The position numbers and the translations under genes are program-made. Shown one piece after another: positions 48,053 to 59,272 of a stretch of 64,000 nt of DNA. How positions within the stretch are numbered: position 1 is the stretch's first letter; each line of letters starts with the position of its first letter. This DNA is from Nemertoderma westbladi (taxonomy: Eukaryota; Animalia; Xenacoelomorpha): assembly GCA_032718475.1 (NCBI GenBank), contig JAUCBJ010000066.1:1-64000 (forward strand), given 5' to 3'. Below the pieces are notes generated by a model. The model did no database searches, was not told where the DNA came from, and worked only from the letters and a program-made list of their open reading frames with translations.

Positions 48053-50544
48053 ATTACTACAATTATGTATACGTTCTGAAAGCCTACTATACAATTATCT
48101 AAATTTGTGTGTAATGTGGTGGATTAAGGTGGGGTGGGGTAAATGTACAACCTTAAAATTTTATATATATTGAGAACAGAACCATTTAATGTCACTTTTG
48201 AATTAAATAAAAAAAGTCCAAATACAGGTGTTTTTAATCTTGAAATTTAAAATTTGTCATCTGACGTCGTAGGTAGGGTTATTCATGTATTTTTCGAAAA
48301 ATTTGATTTTCTTAATTTTAAAAATTCATTCATTACCTTGTGGAGCTGTAAACAGAAGGTCTCAATTCAATACATTGGAGTAAGCTATACAGCCAGAAAG
48401 GTAAAGAAAGGTTTACGAACCCCGAAGGTAGAGAAAGTGAAATTGGCTTTGTTTTAGGCTTCATAAATAAACGAGTACTGGTGTGTTATACTGTAGGTAC
48501 AGTTCATCCCCTCAAAATTTTTATACTAGCTAGTTTTCGTTATTTATATTTTTCGAAATGTTCTAGAACGTGTTACTATTATTTAAAAAAATAACTAATA
48601 TAAACAACTTTGAAAAACGTACGTACGGTACTGCCTTTCCTTTCATCAGTACCGGTACCAAGTTTAGTTGGTCAGTAGGCCCTACTATTAGAACTGTTGC
48701 CCGGTCCCAAACCCGTTCAATTCCGCGACGGCTCTATAACAAAATTCGGCGTCGCCAACACCACCGAGGAGGGACAACATGGTCGCAGTAGAAACGCCAA
48801 TAGCTCGGCCGCGCGTTAACTTACGGATACTATTCTTTCGTTGTTGGATAGAGAGAGCAGAGAGGAAAGATAGCTCTACTGTACAGTAGAAGAAATATCA
48901 ACCACTTTTTTCCAAAGTCGTCAGGAAGTTGCAATAAACGAAGCCTCAATTATCGCAAACAAGGCATTCCACGCTACTTTTTTTATTATCAGGGCTACGA
49001 CCTCGCAACCTTTTTTTAATAGACAGACCGAAGGGGGTAGTAACTTTTTCAATCTGGGTAATTTTTTGTTTCGAGCGAGTCTTCCACCCGAAAAGTGGTG
49101 CCGAATATTTGCGACTCGCAAAAACTCCCGATATTCGAAGCGCGATAGAGAAATTGGGGTTGCGACCGGGCAACTGTACATAGTAGGCCTACTGACCAAG
49201 TAAACTTGATTCCGGTACTGATGAAAAAAAAAGGTAATACGTACGTGTTTCAAAATGTGTTTATATCTCAAGAACCCTCTGGCAAGAACCCTCTCAAGAA
49301 TCCCCTGGCCTTGAGACTAGAAATGGTCGGTCGGTTTAACTTTTCATTCTCTACAAAATCACTTAACATTGTTTTTATTAAAAAAAAAACAGATTTTTAT
49401 GGTCCCAAATTTCGGTCCGCGGGGTCCCTCGAGCTCGAAGCAAAGTTCAAAGTTTCGTAGCTCGGCCCCTTTTGATTTTTGTCAAAATTCCTTCAAAAGT
49501 AAACCTTATAATTGCAATCGTTATCAGCGTACCAATTTCTAAAAAATCGGAAACAAAATATTTTCGGATTTTTTTGTTGTTGACAAATTCGATGCATCCG
49601 CCGCGGTCAGATTTTTTCCGATTTTCAGAGCTCAAATTGTTTTTGTCTCAGAAACGGCTGAATTTTTTTTAATGTAAATTTTAAGTTAATTTAGAGTCTC
49701 TGAATCCGAATTTCATGTCAGTTTTCATTTTGACCTACGTTTTCACTCTTATAGGCGCCGGAATTATTTTTCGGAAATTTAAAACCAGCATGTTCCTCAC
49801 TGAAAATCATTCATAGGCCTATCCATTTATCGTAATTTTTACCTATAATATTCAGGTTTAGCCTTAGATTTCATTATAAATAGTAACTGAGGGCCAATCT
49901 ATATATTTCCAAACATTGATGCCTACGATTCAAATAAGAATTACTTTTGGGTGGGTGAGCAATATTCTTTGTTTTCTTCTACCACAATGAAACCTACAAC
50001 CCACCGCTACTACATATTTTACAAGGGCCAACTACAATGAATAATTAATCGATACTGCGCGCGATGTTTCGAGGGAGAAAATTAATGTGTGGGCCTATAT
50101 TATCTCATCAGCCTACCGCTTCATCTTACAACGTCATCTTATCTAGTCTGTTTCCCCCTTATTAAAACTATTCAGGAACTTCTCGAATGTGCAACGTCGT
50201 GAATAATAAACACCATGTTCTAGAAGTCAAGGAATTAATAATAGTTTACATTATAAATTATATGTCTGTCTATATAAAAAAAGACGCAAAAAGTGAAAGC
50301 TCTACGTAGGAATGCAAATTAAGTTACAATTCGTGTTGTGATGACAGTTATTGTTACCTTCCTGTATAAACATAATAGGCCTACTGTACTTACTAGATAC
50401 TTAACTTACTGTAACTTAAAGTTTGTTTCTGTTACTAAACTATTACATGTTCATTGGCATGAAACCCCATACTGCTGTTCAGCACTGTAACCATAAACTT
50501 CAAGGCGATATTTTGGAAGGGTTTGGTTTTGCCTTGTTCAATAC

Positions 50545-50575
50545 ATGGGGCCCAAATCAAAGAAACAAATGCCAG
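50545..50575 (+). CDS. Uncharacterised repeat-rich protein, exon 1 (MGPKSKKQMP)
   Basis: ATG at 50545; consensus donor CAG|GTGAGT; phase 1 matches the next acceptor. Confidence 0.65.
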
Positions 50576-51014
50576 GTGAGTTTTTAATGCCAGGTGAGTT
50601 CTTAATTATGATTGTCTTCAGCAACGGTTTTGACAGTCCAGTAATTTCATTGTTCCTGTTCGCGATCAGCCATGTAAATTTCTAAAAAATCTAAAATACA
50701 GCAATATCATGCATGACTCGTGTCATTTAGCAATCGGTTCAGGAATGCCACCTCGTATCCTTTCATCAGGCGGCTGTCAATTACACGTTAAATTAAATGT
50801 AAAACCACTCACTTCAGGCTACTACTGAGCCTTGCCTGGCGCTGGCACCAGTTATGATGGTACACACCACGCGTATCAATCCTTACACTGTATAAATATA
50901 ATAATATATAATGTAATTATATCGCGGCTTTCTATGAACATTAAACAATGCGACAAATGCAGATGTTTTGATTTAGGCCTATAAGATCTACGTATTTGTT
51001 TATTTTGTTTGCAG

Positions 51015-51362
51015 AAAATTCTGAGATTCCACGGAATAAAACTAAACGTAAGTCCATATCAGCGGCATCTCTAATCAGCGATGCATCCACCAACTCTAGA
51101 AGAAACTCTCTCAGAGAACAAATGTCACATTTTTTTAATTTAAGTAATTCCCAAGAATTAAAAAAAAAAACATCGTCGACGAGAAGTAGTACGCCGTCCA
51201 TCGTATCTCACAACGTGACTCCATCAGTTATTATACATGCATCAGCCCATGCTCTTGGTCTGAGCGCGATAAGTTTAGCCAAGAGAATTAATGATTTTAT
51301 TAAGGAATCAGATACCCAACGACGAAATTCATTAAAGAGTATTCAAATTACGCAGTGTGGGC
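51015..51362 (+). CDS. Uncharacterised repeat-rich protein, exon 2 (3' end tentative)
   Basis: Acceptor TTTGCAG, open Ser/Lys/Arg-rich frame; the best phase-1 donor seen is C|GTGAGC at 51363, at the satellite edge. Confidence 0.6.
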
Positions 51363-52810
51363 GTGAGCGTGGGCGTAGGCGTGGGCGTGGGCGATTGTGT
51401 GTTACTGGAGGGTGGGCGAATGTGTGTAACTGGGGGTGGGCGATTGTTTGTTACTGGGGGGTGGACGATTGTGTGTTTTTAGGGGGTGGGCGATTGTGTG
51501 TTACTGGGGGGTGGGCAATTGAGTGTTACTGGGGCGTGGGCGATTGTGTGTTGCCGGGGCGTGGGCGATTGTGTGTGACTGGGGGTGGGCTATAGTGTGT
51601 TACAGGGGTGTAGGCGATTGTATGTTACTGGGGCGTGGGCGATTGTGTGTTGCTGGGGCGTGGTCGACTGTGTGTTCCTGGGGCGTGGGTGATTGTGTGT
51701 TGCTGACGCGTGGGCGATTGTGTGTGACTGGGGGTGGGCTATTGTGTGTTACTGGGGCGTGGGCGATTGTGTGTTGCTGAGGCGTGGGCGATTGTGTGTT
51801 GCTGGGGCGTGGGTGATTGTGTGTTGCTGGGGCGTGGGCGATTGTGTGCAGCTGGGGCTTGGGCGATTGTGTGATACTGGGGCGTGGGCGATTATGTGTT
51901 GCTGGGGCGTGGGCGATTGTGTGTTACTGGGGCGTGGGCGATTGTATGTTGCTGGGGCGTGGGCGATTTTGTGGGACTGGGGGATGGGCGATTGTGTGTT
52001 ACTGGGGCGTGGGCGATTGTGTGTTGCTGGGGCGTGGACGATTGTGTGTTTCTAGGTGGTGGGCGTTTGTGTGTTACTGGGGCGTGGGCGATTATGTGTT
52101 GCTGGGGCGTGGGCGATTGCGTGTTACTGGGGCGTGGGCGATTGTATGTTGCTGGGGCGTGGGCGATTGTGTGGAACTGGTGGATGGGATATTGTGTGTT
52201 ACTGGGGGGTGGGCGATTGGGTGTTACTGGGGTTGGGCGATTGTGTGTTACTGGGGGTGGGTGATTGTGTGTTACTGGGGGTGGGCGATTGTGTGTTACT
52301 GGGGCGTGGGCGATTGTGTGTTGCTGGGGCGTTGGCGATTGTGGGTGACTGGGGGTGGGCTATTGTGTGTTACTGGGGTGTAGGCGATTGTGTGTTACTG
52401 GGGAGTGGGCGATTGTTGTTGCCGGGGCGTGAGCGATTGTGTGCTGCTGGGGCGTCGTGGGCGATTGTGTGTTGCTGGGGCGTGGGCGATTGTAGGTTGC
52501 TGGGGCGTGGGCGATTGTGTGTTACTGGGGCGTGGGCGATTATGTGTTGCTGGGGCGTGGGCGATTGTGTGTTAATGGGGCGTGGGCGATTGTGTGTTGC
52601 TGGGGCGTGGGCGATTGTGTCATACTGGGGCGTGGATGATTGTGTGTTTCTAGGGGGTGGGCGATTGTGTGTTACTGTGGGGTGGGCGATTGTGTGTTGC
52701 TGGGGCGTGGACGATTGTGTGTTTCTAGGGGGTTGGCGATTCTGTGTTACTGGGGCGTGGACGATTGTGTGTTTCTAGGGGGTGGGCGATTGCGTGTTTC
52801 TGCTAGGTGG
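51355..52810. repeat. About 26-bp G-rich satellite (GGGGCGTGGGCGATTGTGTGTTRCT)
   Basis: Directly visible, roughly 55 units. Confidence 0.93.
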
Positions 52811-53300
52811 GTTGCGATGAAGAGTTCCGGTCCAGTGCGATTTTGGTACATTTTACTAGAACAAAAAAATGTGTTCTAAAACAAAAACATTTATCAAAAT
52901 TGATAGCTAACACGTGTTCTATAACATTTATAAAAAAAACTAACAAAAAGCAAAAACTAGCTAGTATAAAAAATCAATGTCATCGTCATTGAAATTACTT
53001 TGAAATTTAATTCAACATTACTTTTTATGTTGACAAAAAAGTGTTTTTTTTGTGAAACTTTTTAACGACTATGACAAAAAAAGTGACTTACAACAAATAA
53101 AAAACGAATATTGTATTTTTATTTAATTGATCAATTTAATTGATATTTTGTTTTCAAAAGCATTTATCACAACAAATTATCTTGGAAAGTGTTTACTGAC
53201 TCAGGCCGAAAGATTTGGTTTGGAATGGCTTTCTTTCTGGCTCTGCCGTCATAACACCACATTGCTGACGATCTCGTCAATTTAGTCATCAGATAATCAA

Positions 53301-54020
53301 TACTACTACAACTACTACTAGGATCGAGATGCTGATTGCAGCTGCATTTTTAAGAATGCTGTGCCGGCTTGTCGACCAAATTGCGCCGCCACAACTCCCT
53401 ATCACTCATGAAATTTCCTAGATCATCCACATCGTCAAGGCCAGTGTTATTTAATTAATGTTATTCACTCCATGAGGCCGCCAAAGTACAAGATTATGCA
53501 CTGGCTGGTCCTCACGGCGAAAGCAATGTCCTGCAAAGCAGAGGCGGCTTTGTTCTAGTGTCAAGCTTGGGGGAAGCAATGAGACACCTCCAATTTTATA
53601 TAGTGTCTGGATGGAGATGTGTGCATTGTACTTGACACAGAGAACCCGGCGTAGCATTCTTGTGAATGTGCCACCCAGAGATTTGGTGTCCTCAGCAGTT
53701 AGAGCCCAGCATAGAGGAGTACTGGAACTGCTGCTGCTCTAAATAATCGGACCTTAAGTTTCCGATTAATTCTCGGTGACTTCCAAATCCCGGAAAGCCC
53801 ATTCAAGGCTGCCCATGCCTTTCCCTTACGTATTCGAAGGTCCTCACCTGACTTCCGGATCTATGATCCCAGGTAACAGAAGTCGTCCACATGCTCAAGC
53901 ATTACCCATCCTTTGAGCTTATGCTCATCCGATTAGAGACTTGCTGAGGACTTTCAAAGTTAACTGTCAACATTTTGGTCTTTTTGGCGTTAATAAAAAG
54001 ACCAACACTAGAAGCAGCCT
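53301..54020 (-). mobile_element. 5'-truncated RTE-like LINE copy
   Basis: Reverse complement of about 41280-42040, with deletions; (TAC)n tail at 53301-53320. Confidence 0.9.
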
Positions 54021-54021
54021 G

Positions 54022-54458
54022 TTCAGCTAGCGGCTCAGGTTAAAGATAGACCTGGTAATATTACCTGATACCTTGTGTCCGCAATTTACCTCCTCATGGC
54101 CTCCCATCTGTCAATACCACCATATGCTGCCACTGTGATCAACCCTACAGTACTTGGTAGTCTTTAACCACTCGCTACAATGAAAGGTTAGTATGTATAT
54201 TAATCGTGAACCATCGCGGCCACAATGATTAATTATATACTCTAGCTACTAATTTATGCCATTGTGACTGTGATGGTTCATGGTTAATATACACTACCCT
54301 TTCATTGTAGCGAAAGACGGCCAAGTACCGTAGGGTTGAGCACAGTGGCAGCATATGATGGTATTGACAGATCGGAGGCCATGAGGAGGTAAATTGCGGA
54401 CATACAAGGTATCAGATAGTATTTCCAGGTCTATCTTTTACCTGAGCCGCTATCTGAA
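54022..54458. repeat. About 435-bp imperfect palindrome
   Basis: TTCAGCTAGCGGCTCAGGT..AAAGATAGACCTGG...TGTCCGCAATTTACCTCCTCATGGCCTCC vs inverse ending CCTGAGCCGCTATCTGAA. Confidence 0.88.
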
Positions 54459-54515
54459 TGGTTAGAGCGTCAGACTTCCAACTCGGAGGTCACCAGTTCG
54501 AATCCACCTGGACGT
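54444..54515 (+). other. tRNA-derived (SINE-head-like) sequence
   Basis: A-box-like TATCTGAATGGTTAGAGCG and B-box GTTCGAATCC with tRNA-like spacing; acceptor stem is poor. Confidence 0.55.
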
Positions 54516-54799
54516 TATTGCAGAATGCAAAAAGCTGTGCCCAACAAAAAGTTATAAGAAATTAATAAAACAATTAGCAAAAGTTACTATAACAAAATAT
54601 CTGATATGATGTGTAGATTACCCACCGGTACCTATTTGGCCTGTAATAAAACTACAAGAAAATGTTTGACTGACTAAGTCAACTGCACTGCAGTCACTAC
54701 AAAGTTATTGTTCTGCAATAAACTAAATATGGCCTAAATTAAGTTGGTTGGTATAGAGTGGCCCACAATCTGCTATATATTTGAATATTTCTTTAACAG

Positions 54800-55228
54800 T
54801 AATTAATCTAGCGTTACAAGAGAATAATAAAGATTCAAAATATAAATCAAATGGAGTCTCATATCCTCATAGAGTTTCTTTGAAAAATATAGAAGAGGAG
54901 GGGACGTTATCACTAACAAGTTGTTCGCATATAGTCAACGAAGAGACAGACGAACCTGCGGTAAACAATTACACTGTAAATACATCTCTCCATCCGACGC
55001 CAGATGAACAAAACGAACGCATTCAACTACCTCTGCTACACAATGCTATCGCAAAGAATTATAAACCTGCAAAGACGTCTACAATTGGCGGCACTAATCA
55101 AAGAAGTAGACGAAAGTTTAAACGAAAGTTTAAACGAAACTCAAATGTGAAAGGGTTCAGATATAAATCAAGTCGATTTGGGTCTCGGAGATCAGAAGAT
55201 GGAGAATCCGACAACCGTAAGGAATCAG
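54800..55228 (+). CDS. Uncharacterised repeat-rich protein, exon 3
   Basis: Acceptor TTTAACAG, open frame, donor CAG|GTATGT; phase 1-1, 429 nt. Confidence 0.75.
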
Positions 55229-56856
55229 GTATGTAGATAGACCTACCCTCACGTCTAAATATGATATTGTTTGGCGTAGCAATTTATATTGATACTAACT
55301 ATATTTTATGTTGCACTTTTCAATTTATTCTGATCTGTTTATGGTTTGTTACACGAAAGAACTTAAGGTGAATGCAAATAAAGATACAATAGGCCTAATC
55401 ATAATATCTATTTTGGAAATTGACAAAAAACTTGAGCCGAATTTATTGGAGATTTCAAATCTGCAAGCAGTTTTCTCATTTATTTTCCTAAACTCAAGTT
55501 AATAGCCAAAACGTAAAGAGCTAGGCTGATTTTTGAGAAGCCTTCGAGCAGCACGATATTTTACAATTAAATAAGGCCCTTTTCATCAAAAAGGCTCTCA
55601 TGGTACAGATATGAATAAAGTGCTAAAAAGTTGTTTTATTAGTTATAAGTTATCAGTAAGAAATCTCAAGGATAATGAATTGGCGATAGATGATAGACGC
55701 ATTTACTGTAGTTGTAGTGTAGTGATACTGTATCTACATATATGAGATATGTACCACCGTGGCTCGTCCCAAACACTGTAGAGACACAGCAGGCCTCTCG
55801 GCCAATAGGAACAGACCGAACTGATTTTCCTATCGGCTTGCTCATCTAAAGCTCTCAGCTTTAGGTAGAGACAACGCCCTGACAGAGACTCAGATTGCAC
55901 AACACTGATGACGTTACTGTATAGTAAATCCATGTGAAGATATTATTGCTTTATTTACTTTATTATTAACTTTATTTATTTATAATTTTAAGTCTTGTAA
56001 GTGGGAATATATTGGGCAAACCATCCAAAACATCCACATTCTAAGGGCACGAGGATGGGATGACTAAAGATGAGGACGAACATTGTAGGACTGGAAAACC
56101 AACACAGGGCTACGGCGAGCCATATACACGTTGGCTGAAACACTGATGTGAACTGTATAGGGACCTAAACATTTAAAAGTAATTAATTACACGATCCTCA
56201 TTACGGTCTGTTATTCAAATGGGAATCGTGGATGAATAGGCCTACTAATTTCTGCAACATACAAATACATTTTTAATTTTGATTTGAATTAAACCACTAC
56301 TGAATGGGAACAAGATGCATGCATATGTGAGGCAGGCCATAATGGGGCGCTTACAGTTCAGCACCGGCGAAATGCGGTCCCGTTTATTAAAAGATTGAAA
56401 TTCCTGCCCCCAAATTGTTGTATTTTTATTGATCCTAAATTAATTTTTTTCTGACCCTAAATAATAATACGTAGGTAACATTTTTCTATAACATAAAAAA
56501 TATCACATAAAATTTTACACAAAGTTATAATGCATAATAAATAGCAATGTATACAGTGTACCACGGAACCAAAGGGATAACAAAGATAGCCAATCGGACC
56601 CACAACATGGCAGTTCTATACTGGAACGAGCGGGACATTAACTTCTCAATGACTCTTTCTTCGATGCACTTAGAGTGGAACCTAATGTATTCCCTAGTAT
56701 TCCAGAACACTGTTAAATTAGCCTGTCTTTGTTTAAGTTAAATCTTTAAAATTGTAAAGGTATGAGCACTTTATTTAATTATTTAGACAATAACCGTATA
56801 TTTAATTATTTATTTTAACTCTTACAGTAATAAAATTTAATTGGTTTCGTAAACAG

Positions 56857-57138
56857 AAAATAAATGGTTACCGAATCAACAATTAAAGTCCAGTAATAAA
56901 ATAAATTTGGAAAATGGCGACACTACAGTTGGTAAGAATACTAACTCACGACGTACAAGAAATGCAAAGAAACGCGTATCAAAAAGTCAACCAACCTCTT
57001 CTCATGTTGAAGGTTGTAGGGGACAAAAACAAAGACCAAGAAGTAGTATAGAAGATGGTTACTCAAATCGATCCAAGGGCAAAAGAGACAAAAATTCTCA
57101 ATCATTTGTGAATAGGATAGTTCATACAACACTTTCAG
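56857..57138 (+). CDS. Uncharacterised repeat-rich protein, exon 4
   Basis: Acceptor AAACAG, open frame, donor CAG|GTTAGT; phase 1-1, 282 nt. Confidence 0.72.
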
Positions 57139-57399
57139 GTTAGTCGAACTATTACATTATTGGTGAGGAGGTGTGAGCATTTCTCGCGTCCACTTCTCCT
57201 CCGCCCTATATTTCCCATTGTTTTGGTGACATACTTTGGCACCTGGAAACTAATTCTCAATGGCAATCTTTATATTTAACTTTACGGTGAGGATCTGACA
57301 ATAAATATTTTCAATAAGAAATAGCTTCCAAAACGATGCCAAATTCGACCTTCGGACATTAATGTCAACAGTTTCCAATATTCGACTGGTACCTTAACA

Positions 57400-59193
57400 G
57401 GCAGTACTCTGATTATCTGAAGGAGCTTATCAATAAGCAGGTTGATGCCATTAACAATGTCGATGATAGCAGGCAATCAGCCCAGGCATGGAAATCAATA
57501 AACCTGCACACTGGGAGGAAAAGCCAACCAACCACCAAGGTTAGGGCTGAATCTCCAGCTGAACTCCTCAATGGTTGGAAGGCCCACTTTGAAAAGCTTC
57601 TAAACAATGACAGGGATTTGCCTGATAACTTTGATGTACATCATGTATCTGAGTCTGCGCTCACAGGTATCCCCATTGGTGACATCTCCTTTGCTGAAAT
57701 CAAGACTGCAGCTAGGAGAATCAAGACCAATCGTGCCAGTGGAGTAGATGGCGTGCCCCCTTAGGTCTTTAAAAGTCTTGGTCCCAGCCCCAGAGAATGG
57801 CAACCTAACAACCCGTGGATCTCTTCGCGGAATTTCGCTAATCTCGATTGCTGCAAAGCTATACAACAGAATTCTATTAAATCGCATCAGGGATCCTGTT
57901 GAGACACTGTTGCGTGGGAACCAAAATGTGTTCCGTAAAGGTCGTGGAACCATGGAGCCTATTCTGGCACTTAGAGTGATAATTGAAGAGTTATCAAAAA
58001 AGAAAGACAGGCACCTGGCTGTTATCTTTGTTGACTTCTTCAAGGCCTTTGATTAAGTCTCTCGCTCATGTATGTTCAGCATACTTTCATTATATGGGAT
58101 TCCTGATGAAATTATTGCAGCAATCAGATCAGTATATGATGGTTCGACAACATTTGTGTCTACTGTTGATGGTGCCACACAGATCCATTCGAAGTATTAC
58201 GGGGAGTCCTCCATGGAGACACACTTGCGTCATTCTTGTTCATAATTGTGGTTGATTATGTTCTACGCATGTCCTTAGAGCGTCTTATTAAGGGTGGGGT
58301 GATACTAACACGAACACCCCCTACAGGCACAAGAAGTAGAGGAAATGCAGCAAAGTACCTTACTGATCTTGAATTTGCTGATGACTTAGGGGTACTGTCA
58401 GAATCACTAGAGGGAGCCCAAAGGCTCCTCTGCTCATTGGACCAGATTGCTTCTGGTGTTGGTCTTTTTGTAAACACCAAGAAGACAAAAATCATTACAG
58501 TGAACCTCGACAGCCCTCAAGAGCTTGAGCTTGAGCACGTGGATGACTTCTGCTACTTGGAATCATGGATCCGAAAGTGAGGTGAAGACGTAAGGGGAAG
58601 GCATGGGCAGCGTTAAATAGTCAGTCCAGGCATGGCCTACGTCCAGGATTTGGAAGTCCCATAGAATAAAACGGAACCTTAAGGTTCGATTATTTATGGC
58701 TGTAGTACCAGTACTCTTCTATGGGAGAGTCCATGCTGGGCTCTAATTGCAGAGGATACCAAATCTCTGGATTGCACATTCACAAGAATGCTACGCCGGG
58801 TTCATAGTGTCAAGTACAATGAACACCAATACACACATCTCCAATCAGACTCTATACAACATTGGAGGTGTTCCATTAGTTTCCCCTAGCTCGACACTTG
58901 AGCGGAACTGCCTCCGCTTTGCAGGACATTGCTTTCGCCGTGAGGACCAGCCAGTTCATAATCTTGACCTATGGCGGCCTCATGGAGCGAATAAGCATGG
59001 TGGACAGCTTTACTTTTCTTTCTTGAGAAGCATTTTAAAGGACACTGGCCTGGAAGATGCAGATGATCTAGCAAATGTCATGGGTGATAGGGAGTTGTTG
59101 CGGCGCAATTTGATTGACAAGCCGGCACAGCAGTCTTAATATATATGTAATACAGCTGCAATGCAGCATGCCGATCGTAGTAGCAGTAGTAGT
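57400..59193 (+). mobile_element. Degenerate RTE-like LINE copy
   Basis: Homologous to 40140-42042 (RGISLISIAAKLYN, FVDFFKAFD, DLEFADDL, LRFAGH); (TAG)n-like tail at 59177-59193. Confidence 0.9.
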
Positions 59194-59272
59194 ATTTATT
59201 GATAAAAATTTATCATTTTTTGATTGCCTTAAAATAAATCCACACAAACAAACTATACAATAATTTTTTTAG

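Noticed and set aside
48120-49900. Defined DNA transposon or genes
   Set aside because: Looks like non-autonomous TE interior, but I could not pair termini or find a TSD; the short ORFs lack motifs.
51523-52879. Gly/Trp/Cys-rich ORFs
   Set aside because: Translations of the 26-bp G-rich satellite in all three frames.
54444-54515. Functional tRNA-Gly(TCC)
   Set aside because: Acceptor and anticodon stems pair poorly; kept only as a tRNA-derived sequence.
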